A stretch of DNA of 64,000 bases from positions 18,342,357 to 18,406,356 of the forward strand of contig OZ316892.1 of NCBI GenBank assembly GCA_973895155.1, given 5' to 3'. Both the position numbers and the translations under genes were made by a program. The notes below the pieces were generated by a model. The model had not been told where the DNA came from. It worked only from the letters and a program-made list of their open reading frames with translations, and made no database searches. Positions 25,391 to 38,689 of the stretch are shown one piece after another. Origin of the DNA: Marsupella aquatica (Eukaryota; Plantae; Marchantiophyta). Numbering within the stretch: the first letter of the stretch is position 1; the number at the start of each line of letters is the position of its first letter.

Positions 25391-27702
25391 TTATTCTTTG
25401 ATCCCTACAATTATATCATAAGAACTTAGATTCCAAATTACGTGAGAGCTTGAGAATCCAGCTGCTAACAGCAATCCATGGTACTCTTCCTTGTGTCTCT
25501 CCCGGGCTTCCTTCAAGTGTGACAGCATGATCAGATCAAGAGTGTCTATAAAGAATGCACGGGTGGCACTGTCCTCCTTGTTCCGGACATACTCTGCCAG
25601 TATCACCTTGCCATTCTTTGGGAGTGCGTTGAAACAGTTCTCAAGGATCTTCATGGCTTCTTTGTCTCCGTATTCGTGTATAATAAACTGCATCATGGGC
25701 CCCCAACACAACGATTGTTTACTAATTCACCAGCTTTGTCACAGGCAACGATCTTAGTTTTGGGGGATTTGATCAATCAATCCTATCAAGGAAAACCCTA
25801 GCTTTCTTTCAAGGAAACGAACAATTGAGATCAAGATTTCGTCAAGCTACTGCTGAATTAGATCGATCCTGGTATTTGGTTAATTGCGATCCAATGAGTT
25901 CTGCACACTGTGGGATCGGAGTACTTGAAGTCCTTCAGTTCTGCTCAGAGCAAGAAATGCTACAAGAATGGTACCAGAAAGCCTCTAGTGGGACGAACCT
26001 TCAGGAACATTGCATCTCCTAATGGCACCGCCTCAAAAACGTTGCCACCTACATGCTGTAACCCTGCAGCCAAAAGGATAACAAGAGGTAAACGGTAAAC
26101 AAAGATCGAAATTCAAATTGCAGCGTCTGTAGAGTAGCCCTCAGTTAAGCCCTCCCCAGACTTCCAAGCTTTATTGATCACTGAAGTGGCTCCTCACTGT
26201 ACTTATCTTCCACGTATGAGATATCTGTTAGGAGATGGATTTCAGATAGAGATTTCAAGCTTTTAAATTAATAAATTGATGAAGTGACTCCTCACTGCGC
26301 TTATCTTCCCCATATGAGATGTAAGGAGATGGATTTTTCAGATACAATTCCCGAGCTTGTGAATAAATTATCAAAGTACAGTGGCTCGTCACTGTACTTT
26401 TCTCCCACATAGTTATGCACTCTTAGGAGATGAGTTTGATTTGATTGATCGTCTGCAAGACTGCTGAAAGGGACTAGCATATTGAGGAAAGTCTTCAGAT
26501 CTCGGATTTCCTGAATCTATCTGGATGTAGGATACCCTGGTTGGTGTTGTTTACCATTAATTTCGGGAGCACTCTCAACTACATCAGGCAAGTCGAAATT
26601 GACGCCTTGGATGTGTGGGTTGTGAGCAATAATTTCTGCAAGGAAGGTTCCCCGACCTCCTCCCACGTCCACCAGAGTTTTCACGCCATCAAGCACACCA
26701 CAGCGCTGTAAGTCTTCCGCAATTGAATTATTGTAGCCCCGAGAGTAGCTGGCCATTGCAGTTTCGAATATCTCCCCAAACTCCGGGTTTCTCGTGTTGC
26801 AGTACTCCCAGAGAGGGAGGCCTTTTGCTTTTATGAAGGGGACGGTGGTCTCATCTAGAATGAGTTCGTGCAAATACTCCCAACTCCCCCTGAGCAAAAC
26901 TTTGTGCCACTGGAGATCTGCACATTCCAGATAGACTTAACTCTCAACGGACAAATTCTCAAACATCGGAATTTTAAATTTTGTGAGCATTAACCAATTT
27001 GACAAGTCTAAACTTTGTACAGTTGTTTGGCTCCGCAAACTGCAATTTCTATGTACCAGAGTAACGACATAATTGCATCTAGATGCACATCAAGGTTGAG
27101 ATATAGAATGATGAGCTTGATTGAGTTGTTGAGGTTCTGTATAGTAAATCTAGATTGCATCATATACCCAGCAACAAATCATGACGAAAGAATTTAGAAA
27201 AAGCAGCCTGTTCAAAGAATTTTGGAATCTGTGGATTCAGTGGTTGAGCATTTGGACGAGCGACAACCTATAATGATTTAATAATCACCCAAGTGAGAAA
27301 TGTTGAATCCGGACAGTCACCTGCGATTGGTGTCACATTGAGCTGGTTGTCTTTCACAAACCATTTGGAGACCTCAGTAAGGCCATACACAGGTTCGCCA
27401 TAATAGAGAGATTCACTGAAGACTCCTTCTCTCACCAAAGGGCTGAAAAGGCGCCTCAGGTTACTAGACGAACTTGGCCCTGGAGGGACTTTAGTAGGCA
27501 GCTGGGCGATGATCTCGAAGGCCGAGAGGGGCTTCCTCCCCTTTGCTTTAGCAAGGATGTCTGGGATACCCAAGCGAAGCACAGCTTTCAGCGCCATGGT
27601 AACGGAAAATCTCATGATCAGGTTGTGTGCCACATACTTGCTGTCATCGCGTACTGAAGCGACGTACCCATTGCCAGATCCATTGCTGATGTCTGCAGTC
27701 AT
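25391..27702 (-). CDS. Plant class II O-methyltransferase (COMT-like); exons 27702-27321, 26917-26555, 26063-25999, 25687-25391
   Basis: N-terminal dimerisation domain ([15 protein letters not shown]...[11 protein letters not shown]), SAM-binding [36 protein letters not shown]|[27 protein letters not shown] and [18 protein letters not shown]. Introns are GT-AG and in phase. Confidence 0.93.
26183..26440. repeat. Three ~99-bp degenerate repeats in an OMT intron
   Basis: AGTGRCTCSTCACTGYRCTT...AGGAGATG at ~26183, 26281 and 26380. Confidence 0.8.
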
Positions 27703-30700
27703 GTTAGAGGTTCTGCTCCCAAGTTCGATGTGCTGGCCCGGACTTGACAGACTCAGGCTATCTTGATTTCCTCAGATTGAAACAAACTTCAACTCCCAAA
27801 TTCAAGCAGATGCACATAGGGAGCCTATAGAAGGTTTACAGATCCAGAGATTCTTACAAACAATTGCTCTAACCGGGAGGCTTTGTGGATCGATTAGCTG
27901 TCTGAATTGGTCTGCCTGCAATTTCCCAACGAGATGCACTCGTGGGAGCAATTTCTAGAGCTGAATGAGCAACAAATAAAAACAAATTCAGTGTAAGAAG
28001 TGAAACTTACAGACTGGAAAAGGAACCATATATATTTGTCAATGGGCCGTTGACGAGCCTATAGCTCTGGCTAGTTTCAATACGGCGAAAGATGAAAGGT
28101 TCGTCCCTTATAGTTAGTAACAGTAGTGGAATTGAAGAGAGTCCAAAGGTTCCGCCATCTTCTTCGTGGCCACCGTGAGACAGATAATGTGAAGAGGACG
28201 GGAAATAAAGCAAGAAGCGTCGGAGGCAAGCCTGGCAGGACAATGTGCTGATTACTACGGCACCTTTTAACCGTCGTCATCAATCCTTCAGTAGTACTAG
28301 ACGTGAAGGGAAGAAATAAGCACCAAAATAAGAGAAGACATCTGGACAGAAAAGGACCTCAAAAGGTGAGAGCTAACTGTCATTCGATTTGAATCTAATT
28401 CATTTCTGGAGGTGTCAGATTGTAAAGTGATAGAATAGTTTAATATGCATACGGGTTTGACAAAGAGCTAGACCAATGATCCATCACAATCACGGTCACT
28501 TCGATGCGATGTTTGGCACTGATGTATTTTGTTTTGATCAGTGGCGCCTTAGAACTTCGTTTCTCCATATATGTATGATCAGGTGGAACCTAGCCTGGCC
28601 CGAGTTACAAAATTCGTTGCCAAAGTTTGGAGACGTGTGACGGTAATTCTATACTACCCGCGCGTGGGCTCGAAAGCTTTTGTGTTCGAAGCTTTTCCAA
28701 GTGGGCTGCGAGAAGAATGTTAGACACACGTACTTACGCTAGACACTGATTTCTCAATTCATCACTGAGTGGACGAGCACATCAGTTAAGGCACGTATCT
28801 CGTGCATTTAATTCAGTGAATTTAACTTCTACGATCCACTTTGAGAAATTGACTTGCCAGGGCGAGGAGTCCAGGGTTCGTAAAGTCATTCTAGCTGAAC
28901 ATTGTATGTAAATAAGACTGTTAATTAAGAGGGATGTCAGGAAAAGGCTGCTCCCTTGGCGTGCCTTGATAGCCCTATCTACTTCCAACCGGCCGTGTGC
29001 TGTATTTCAGTTTGAAAGGAAGGCAGAGGAGAGGAGAGGAGAGAGCTTTCAACACAAGCAACTGTTAGGAGCGTTACCAGCGAGCAATCCTCGCATTGAA
29101 GAGAGAGAGCTCGCATGCATTCTGAATGGTGGTGAAGCTGGGTCGTCAAGCTGGCTAAAGAATCGGACCGGATTGATTCGATGGCCAGGCTGGCTCCCGA
29201 ACTTCGACAGGTCCTGCGAGTCAGAAAGGAACTTTGACTGCTGTATAATTGGAGTACGTCGTTTCTCTCAGTTTCCAGTCAGACAGCTGCTGACATCGAC
29301 TTACCGAAAAGAAGACAATCTGTTCGGTGATGTCCGTCCGCAATTGTCCTCTGTTGTCGTCCTTCTCGATCCCCCGTGTAAATTAAGGCGTATCTGGACC
29401 AGGTCTTGACTTTGTTAGCTAGCTAGGCCTTCAACGAGATGAAATACTGCTGGGGCATCATCATGTCCGATGCCTGAGCACGGTGTTCTCGCTAAATCAA
29501 ATGGGTCAAAGCAAGAATTGGGTAGTTTCTCAAATTTTTCGCTTATTGTCCGTATAGAACTTACTTGGACCATCTACTGGCGGGCGAAGTTCCCAGGTGA
29601 AACAGTTGGAGCTCACGATTGCGTGATCACTGATAATCTCGGCCTTGATACATCTATCCTTACATTATCTCAAATATCTTAGGGAGATCTGTCCTCTCGT
29701 TTCACAAGCTAGAAAGTATGCTCTCCTTCCTTGGCCGCAACCCTTACGTCGATGATCCTGTTGCCGCATATGCCTACCTCAATGATCTCTCGCTTGACGT
29801 TCTGGGACCGCCCTCATTGAGGGAATTTTGACGTACGTAGTTGGACATTTCATTTGGAACTTCTAGGAATGCACTTCAGGCGATGAGAATCCACTGTACG
29901 ATCGAGGATTACTTTAAGGGTCCCGCTGATTGCGGGCTTCCCTTGCACTAGATAGAGAATTCCATCTAGATTTTTCAATTATGTACAGCACAAATATCGT
30001 CCGACAGCTTCGTTCGGCCCAGGGCTCGCAAGATTTTGACTCCCAAGCTAGATTACTAGGTTTGCAATATCTGGCCTTCTCACATCTCTCCAAAATTGTC
30101 AATACCTGGTCCACCTGAACTCCAGCTGGAGCATTGACGCAGAGGAAAACAACGAAGGGAAGGAGCGGAACGGGCCAGCAGAACAAACAACACCCCCACA
30201 GGCATAGAGGCTGTACATCGGGATGACTTGGTGCTAAGCTAGAAATTTGGGCTGGGTGACGGAGAAGGAGGACGAAACGCGAATTGCTGGCAAGTTTTCA
30301 AAGAATGATCCCAGCTTGGGATTTTTTAGTCCCATCAGGAAAATAGATCACGTGCTATTCTCACAACTTTGAGAGTTTTTAGTAGGCAGCTAACTTCAAG
30401 TGGCATATTGCAATTTGGGATGAAAGTGTATGAAGTGTCTACCAGATAACTTGAGAAGTCCCTCCTTTCCTGAAGTGATATATACTGCTGCAATGAGAAA
30501 GAAAGAAGCTGAAGAAGGTAGCAGAGGAGCCCTGCTGCAAGACAACATACTCAGGTCGGAATCTCTTTTGTTTTGCAGAATGTCTATGTCTAGATGGCTC
30601 GGTGGGGAGAAATCTGGCCGGTGACGAAGTGAGGAAACGGATAGTCTCGCGGCTGAAGGTAATCTGCCATCGTCAAGTTGTTTCTACTATTCCAATCGTG

Positions 30701-32052
30701 CAGCTCAAAACTTAGAACTAGGCACACCACATTCTCCATACTTTGAGGCCTTAAATTTTTGTCCCAATGACTCAACTTTCAATAATTAAATATGTTGTGA
30801 TGACATTATGTCTGTACTGTAGTTAGCAATTTGAATTTCTTTGCAATCGTCGACAATTTGAGTTTAAATGCTTCCCTTTTCCTGCTGTTGTTATCAAAGT
30901 ACCACATTCTCTCGATACTTTGAGGGTTTGAGGGCTATAACTGAGAAAGGCCATCACCTCTCTGTCCCTTCCTATGACTTTATGGGCTATTCATAGTTGC
31001 TCCGTATTCAAAGAACCAAAATCTCGAATGAGATATCCTGCACAAGTCCTGTACCCCGGAGAGATCTGGATAGAAGCTGTGCAAAATTCAGCATTTTGAT
31101 GCTCTTCAATTCACAATCCAATTAATTATCAAGAGTACTTAAGAATCAAATGTTGGGAGTCGCACTCTCAATCATGAGGACGGCCCATGGCGTGCAAACC
31201 CCCGGCCCATGGCGTGCAAACCCCGGTGCAAACAAGCATAGAGTTTTTTTAATCACTGATCCCCATGGAAGGCCATTCCTAAATAAGCACTATTGGGACA
31301 AACAAGAAAAATTAGGTATGAAAACAAAATATCTATTTCTATAATATGCAATGTCACCAAATTTACAAAATTGGAAATGGAGAGAGTTAACCTGAGCCCT
31401 CAGATTTTTTTAATGATTTTTGTACTATTGGATTGATTGACCAGGAGTGTCAAATGATATACTTCTTTTTATAGTAGAATACATAGTGCATGAGATGATT
31501 CTTATGTCACCTAAAATGTGATGATTCTTATGTGACATCATTGAAAATGTGTATTTTTCTTCTATTAAAATACACACGTTAGAAGGAGATACTTTGGGGC
31601 ATGACCCCAACATCTTTACCGCACTGCAAAATCCAAACTTGCCTCAACTAACCAAAACAAGCTAAGTGTTTGTCTTACAGACTTGAACATTTACAGTGCC
31701 AAGTAAGGATTCGGAAAGGAAGGAAAAAAAGCAGGCGGCATAAAGAAACCGGAAAAAGGAAGCACAAATAAACGGAACAAGGGAGGGGATAAAAAAAAAT
31801 GGAAGCACCAAAAATATGGAAAAAGGGATCGGATCCAGTTCAGTCACAACATTGCAGCCCCGAGTTCAGTCGCAAGCAAGAACGGGCACCAAGCAAGCAG
31901 CAATCGACAGCCAGCGTGAGCAGCAACAGACTGCAATAGGGAGCAGCAACAGCTAGCAAACTTGTACTTCCCACCATCAAGCCGCAGCCAAGCTCGACAC
32001 CTAAATTTCCTCAATGAAACCTTTGTCAAAACCATAAGGAACAAGCCCCTCC

Positions 32053-32104
32053 CTACTGACTTAATTGTCTACTGACTTAATTGTCTACTGACTTAATTGT
32101 CTAC
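32053..32104. repeat. 16-bp perfect tandem repeat x3 (CTACTGACTTAATTGT)
   Basis: Read directly from the sequence. Confidence 0.95.
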
Positions 32105-32924
32105 CTCAACTAATCCGTAAGCCTCTTTTCATTACTCGCTTCAAAACTTCTGAATTCAAGTTTTTAGCAAAGGTACGATGCAATGCTACGTTAATTAGAT
32201 TGCTTGGAGCTAGGTCCACGTTAATATTCCTGAGTGCCTCTGGATATATTGCCGCAAACTAAACAAATCAGTGTTGAAGGTGTAAGTCGAGTTCAATTGG
32301 TGAAGTTTCAGTTTGACATTTTGCAGCTAGTTGTATAAAAAGGGATCGTAATGGTTCGCGGCTTCAAAATCAGAGGTACGTTGGTTTCCTTGTGCTGCGA
32401 TGATCTGTAATCGGCTGACTCAAAGCTAACTTCAGCACTCAGCTTCGGCAGAGAATGACTACTGATGATGTCAACCTAATTTCAAACTGGTTTCCGGCCT
32501 GTCGAATGAGTCAGGCAGCGGTCCCCAATTCAAAATTGAACAAGGCAGAACATTTCGAACGTTGTTGCGATATTCAACGGACTTTTCTTGGCTCGACCTA
32601 TTGTCCTTCTAAGATCTAACTAAGCTGGCTCGTGGTCTCAACATCTAAGCGCGATATCCAACGGATTTCCCTTGGCTCGACCTACTGCCATTTCTAAGAA
32701 CTAACTAAACTGTCCTGGGTTCAGTCTTTGTGGTCTTAACATCTAAGCTGCGTACGTTTTTCCTGGCCGGGTTCAGATTTCAATGTGCACACGCGAGTTT
32801 CTCTGCAGAGACTTCATTGTATTCATGCGAATTTCTCTGTATCCTGAACTCTTACAATCCTCGATTCACTTCGATCATCCTAGTTCAGGCGGGACCAGGA
32901 GGCTCTCCAACAAGAGAGAGTTAG

Positions 32925-33758
32925 ATGCACAGCGCTCCGTGGGGACAACTAGCCATGGCCGACGTGCACGGGAGAGTTCTGCCTCTACTTGCAGAAGCTC
33001 ACACTCACTTGATGAAACTTAAAGATATTGGAGTGCGGCTGGATGTGTCCGTTTCGTCCTCGTTGAGGCACGCCCTGGACGAGGTTGTAAGTCATTATCT
33101 TCACGCGGGGTCGATGATAGATGAGATGTGCATCAATCTAAGCGGTATCGAGCTAGAATTGGAAGAGCTTATCCAGGGTTCACTGGTTTCTTCAGATTTG
33201 GCTAAGTTGGGTCGTCTACGTGAAGAAACTGACAGTAAGATGCCGAGGGTCCAGGCTATTACCTTGAGACTAGATGAGTCTCTTGCATCCTCGCTGGGAC
33301 GCATCCAGGAGACTCTGACTAAATATTTGCATTCGAAGTCCCTAGCTAACGAGCTAGCCATCAGTTTCAGTGGACTCCAGCAACAATTGGATACACTGGC
33401 TATGAGATCCCTCACTACTCTAGGCATGCAGCATAGCCTTACTTGCTCCGTCGCTATTATCGGCATGGTTCACTTGTACGAAGGTCTTACTAGTCTACTT
33501 GCAGACTCTGCGAGTAATGAAAAGAGGCTCACGGAGATTATAAATGAGGTAGACAAGTCTGTGTTCTCCTCAGTCAGGCGCGCACAGGAGGCGTCACAAC
33601 ATTACCTACTATCAGTTTCCATGGCAAACAAATTGATGGTCCATGTTGCAGCTCTTCTAAATATTACAACTGAAAGAGGTTGCAGAACGCTCCATGACAG
33701 ACACGATCGAGTGCTCAGGTCCGCCGGGACACTGCAGTGCAAGAGAGCCAACGGCTGA
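32925..33758 (+). CDS. Hypothetical alpha-helical / coiled-coil-like protein (277 aa)
   Basis: Long uninterrupted ORF that is Leu/Glu/Ser-rich with heptad-like stretches. A candidate AATAAA lies at ~34192. No recognisable domain. Confidence 0.5.
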   Translation: MHSAPWGQLAMADVHGRVLPLLAEAHTHLMKLKDIGVRLDVSVSSSLRHALDEVVSHYLHAGSMIDEMCINLSGIELELEELIQGSLVSSDLAKLGRLREETDSKMPRVQAITLRLDESLASSLGRIQETLTKYLHSKSLANELAISFSGLQQQLDTLAMRSLTTLGMQHSLTCSVAIIGMVHLYEGLTSLLADSASNEKRLTEIINEVDKSVFSSVRRAQEASQHYLLSVSMANKLMVHVAALLNITTERGCRTLHDRHDRVLRSAGTLQCKRANG

Positions 33759-35269
33759 TTCGGAAGCTGCCTAGCCACTGTGGCCCACGTCTTGATGACG
33801 ACAGACGACGACATCTGTGCGTGAGGAACGACAAACGACCACACGGATCAGTTAGGAACTATGAACGACACACGACGAGCACAAGGCAACATAGGAAACC
33901 TAGTCTCTCCGGACTTCCACATACATCACATAGTACGATCCAGATTATAAAGATAGATTAGATTGGTCTTTGCGTACCAGGAATTACAAGTTAGAGGAAT
34001 TGTTCATTTCGATCAACATTGATCCATGATATTGTTTCCTTAGATGACATAGGCTAGGGTATCAGAGTTCGATCAGATCAGGTACATTAGACACCGTCTG
34101 ACAATTCCATACTGGATCTGCACGCCGAGTAGAATGATGGTCGTTACATTGATACATGAATCTGTATCGTCATTGTTCATGTGCCCATGTAAATAAAGCG
34201 CAGAATTTTCCATTCAATCTCGAGTACGAGTGTATGTAGTCTTTCTAGAGTAAATGAGACATTGCATTGCTTAATTGGTCGATCCAAGCGACCAGGTATA
34301 AGGTTACTCAATTCTCTCGGCAAAAACATTCCCATGCTTTTTGGCAAATCCTTGTTAGGCAGTGGAGCTAACGAACTCCTGTGTCAACTCGCACCTCTAA
34401 AGGGGCAAGAGGCAGTTCTCTAATATTCAAGTCCAGGATAAAATGCAAAAGCCAACGCATTCTGATCTGAAGGATTCATTGTTTGCTGACTTTTGCTTCA
34501 CAACCCCCAGGGCTTCAGACCAGAGTCAAAGGTAAGCATCAGTTGAGGAACATTTGCGACTCCGCATACTAATCAAGGCGCTACATGCACCTCGAGCCAA
34601 GATCCAAACCCGCTTGTACAACTCTCCAGCCTTGATATCCTCAAGTTAAGGCACTTGTTGGTAAGTAATGCTGTCCAACGTTTCAATGTCAAGTGTCTCC
34701 ATTTCTGCGAATTGGCATTCACTTGATCGTCGCTGCAACGGAACGAAGATACGACTAACCTTGCCGGGCCGGCCTGCTAGGATGTACCATGCATATACTA
34801 CTGAAAACCAAAGATCAACAGCGTTCTGCAGGTAGTAGAATCGTTTGAATGCTGTTATCCTGGGTATGGATAGAGAGAAAGTAATCCGTGATCCCCACAC
34901 CCGCTCTCGTCAAAGCCCCCATTTGCAAGACTTTCACTCATGCGGTCCTGCTACGGTGTTCGAAATGTTGCTGCTAAAAAGTTGAACTGACAGAAAATTA
35001 TCTGCGAAAAGAGTCGGAAAAGAGAGGATTTGGAACTGAAAGATAAAGGGAGAAAACAAAATTAAATAACTAGTAATGCTTAAAAACAATCAAACGGGTC
35101 ACTACATAGTGTAATTACAATCAAATTATAATTACCCACTATAATTAAATTATAATTATCCATGACCAAAAAGGTTTGGTCACAAAACTCAACTGTTGCA
35201 AATGCCTCTCTTTAGTATGCTCAAAATAATATGGGGCAGAACAAAAATTGGAGATATTTTTGGGCCCCC

Positions 35270-35790
35270 AACACCCTTAAATCACTCAACAATTAAAGAA
35301 AAAATTATTTAAACACTTTTTTTTCTCCCTCCCCCTAAAGTAACCCTCCATCCAGGCCAAAGAATGAAAATGTCTCCTTTTCTCTTTTTGATTTAGAAAA
35401 AGAGGGAAAGCACAATCTCCTTTTTTTGTTTTGATTTTGACCCCCTCTTGCAAGAAAAAGGAAAGATATAAAAAACCTGAAATCTCTCCCTTTTTTGTCA
35501 TTTTTGTTCCTCCCTTTAAAATACATGTAAACCATCCATCTCTCCCCACTTCTAAGATTGAATACAAGGGTTACCTAGTTCCATACACTAAACTAGTGTT
35601 TGCCCCCCCCCCCCCCCCCCTAGCAAGAAAAAATACAAACCAAGAGCATTTTGAAAATCTCTCCCTAAAATACCCTTAAACCTCTCAACAATTAAAGAAA
35701 AAATTCTTTAAACCCTTTTTATCCCTCCCCTTAAAGCAGCCCTCCATCCCGGCCAAAGAATGAAAATGTCTCTTTTTGTCTTTTATATTT
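35270..35790. repeat. ~400-bp-spaced direct duplication at the start of the AT-rich/TE zone
   Basis: TCAACAATTAAAGAAAAAATT...CCCTCCATCCMGGCCAAAGAATGAAAATGTCTC at ~35286 and ~35685, with a C18 run at ~35603 between them. Confidence 0.75.
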
Positions 35791-38689
35791 TCCCCTTCTT
35801 TAAAATACCCTTGATCCTCTATCCCTATTAACTCTCGAAGAAAATAAAATAATTAGTTCATGGACCCCTATCTCCAGTTGTCATCCAAAGAATTGTCACG
35901 TTCTCGTTCATTTTCTAGTATCGGCTTTATTCCTCTTTAGTGCATGACATTCTTCTTATCTGAGTATTTCAAGGGCACCCATAATTAAAACACAGGAGTC
36001 AAAGTGGACAGACCACACTGCTTTATATATATAATCTAAGAGTTTAATTTTTAGTTGAATGCATTTTAGAATGCCTATTTTTGTTTCAAAAGTATTGAGA
36101 TTAGTCTGCTTGGCCAAGTGATCCAAGTGCCTTTGCGTTTGGGTGCAAAAACATCTACTTATTGTACTTTTCTCCTTAATTACTCCATTGTGCTGCTTCT
36201 CTTCAATATTTGCCGTTAGAGTTCCGTAAAGATTTTTCTTGATTCTTTGGCCAATTTCATGGCAATACAGGAGGACTCCTTGATGATTTTTTAGAATTTT
36301 AATTTGCTAGCTGTGGTGAATGAACAAGCGTCGAAAGTCTGGAACAGCAGCATGAGGGTGAGAGAGTGGTTCGATTCCATCTACCCGAGTCAGAGTTGCT
36401 ATCCATAGTAATCGGACAGGAAGCTATGCATCTTCTTTTATTTGAAATTTGTGGAGAAATTATGAACAGAGCAATGCAGAATTTGTGACCAAGATGGGGT
36501 GGAAGGTTAGTGCCTTTTTTGGCAGATGATTCAATCTAGAAGAGTACGTTTATCAATCCGAGTAAAGGAATTGATTGATCTGCAGAGAGAATTGGTTTGC
36601 TTCGAGGAGGGTTAGCGATATACAGTGGGCTGGGACAATACCGCAGTTCCGTGCTGCACTACTCCTTCAATCTCTCAGAGTTCTTGTCCTTTCTGGCACC
36701 CATAGTCATCATGCTAGTCTCATCGTTCTCGTTCTTTCTTGCCCTCTAGCTTCCTTCTCGCTTCTTAGTCATCATCCCTTTGTCAATGCATTGGATTGTC
36801 CAGGTTTGATGCAGTTCCATTGCGGAGCTCCTTCCCAAAACTCACAAACGATATTCTTCCAAGGATTGCTCTATTTCAAATCTTTTGTGTTTTGACCATT
36901 CCTTTGATATTCAACCACTGAAACTTCTCAGAAACATTTCTACTTAACATCTCAAGCACCAGTTTTACTGGCGATTTAGTTCATTATATCGTGAGGGAAA
37001 TTGGTTCTCACAATTTGTTGGTAAGGTTGTCCAGAATGTTCATTTATAAACTTGTCACCTAAACTTCCACGCCCACATCACATTCAAATCTCGTATGGCT
37101 AGTAATAGTGCAGGCCATTTTCCAATCTTTTTTCCAGAAGCTTGCCACCTTGATGCCAATCTTGCATTCAATCCATTCAGGTTCAGGAATTTGTCAGGAA
37201 CCCCGTTTGTTTCAGGATTTTGATGTAACTAAAATGGTAACTAAAATGGTTATGTCACATAAAATTTTGTTATGTTTTACGGCATGGAGCTCCCATTTTT
37301 ACTGAGAACTTGCCACAAACACAAAATGAATAGTTGTTTTTATTTGGAAACAAATCCAATCTTTTTTGCACTATGCCTTGATGATGTGGGGCATTGTGGA
37401 GTCTCAAAATTTGGAAGGGACCTCTAATGGGGTCCATAATGAGATCAGCCATGGGGCATGCTCCTTACTAGTTGTTTCTTCTAAACAAAAAAGAAGTCCC
37501 TTTAAAAATCATCTATTTTCAAGGTGACCAATTTCACCCAAAGTAAAATAAATATGATCCATTTCACCCAAAGTGAAATATATAAAAGCATTAAGAAATT
37601 CAAACAAGTAAAAGACAAACACAAAGACATTAAATGGACCCAATGGTGAGAGAATCAAGTACACATACATTGAGGGGGAAGCATTTAATGTACATTCATT
37701 TGTCTTTAATACAACATACTATGTATATTCTCTCCACGTAATTGTTTTCTCCTTGAACAAGCAAGTATCCATTTTTGTCTTGAGTAGTGTATACAAACTA
37801 AAGAGTGAGAGTATTGTGACCAAAGTATATTTCTGTGCCCCTAAATGTATGTGGAGAAAATACTTTGTAGGCATTTTTTGCCCCCCATCGTGAGCACAAC
37901 ATTGGAAAAAATTGGAAATATTATAAGATGAAAAAATATTTGAAGCATTCAGTAAAGAGTAAAAAGGTCAAAATATCTGATAGAGATAAATAAATTTGAA
38001 AAACTTGGAGAATTTGAAAGGTTTACTCCAAATGATAGTCAGGAGAATAACAGAAATGAAGCATTTTCAAGGGAGAAAAAAATCAGGAGAGTAACAGAAT
38101 TGGACCATTTTCAAGGGAGAAAAAAAATTCACGTTAAAAATACTCTCTCTCGGAGAAGTCACCCCGAAAACAATGCACACCCAAAAAAAGACCCACAAAA
38201 TATACACCACCAAGGTTTTTTATTTTGAAGAACTAAAAAATGGTTTTCATTCTCAAGAGAGAAACATGCAATAGTTTTGAAGCGGGAGTTTTTTTTTTTT
38301 TGGGGGGGGGAGTGATTCATTGAACAAATCACTGTACACATTGAAAAAACCAATTATTTACCCAACTTCTAAATAGAGAATAAATAGAAACTAAAACTCA
38401 AGCACTTAAATGCTTGACAAAATGCCCAGATGACTATATGAACTTAACACATTTCATAAAAAAAAAGAATTTTTTTCTGGTAAGGGTAATATGGTCTATA
38501 GCTATCTATCCAAGTTTCTTGGAACCCCCTTCACATCAAACCCTCATGATGCTTTGTTCATACTACCCTGGTCCATCCACACTTTAATCCATATCTAATT
38601 GATAAATAAGTTAGTTTTGTAAGCATTAGCCTTAACCATATTTTATGACTAACCATCAGCATAAAAAAAAAGACATAACAAAGGGCTTC

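Noticed and set aside
28966-30186. ORF 28966-29409 and nearby short ORFs as a gene
   Set aside because: Non-ATG starts, no motifs and no assemblable exon chain. It could be a pseudogene, but I cannot support that.
31150-31613. Possible MITE or solo LTR (TGTTGGG...CCCAACA ends)
   Set aside because: The inverted match is short and imperfect, and no TSD is present.
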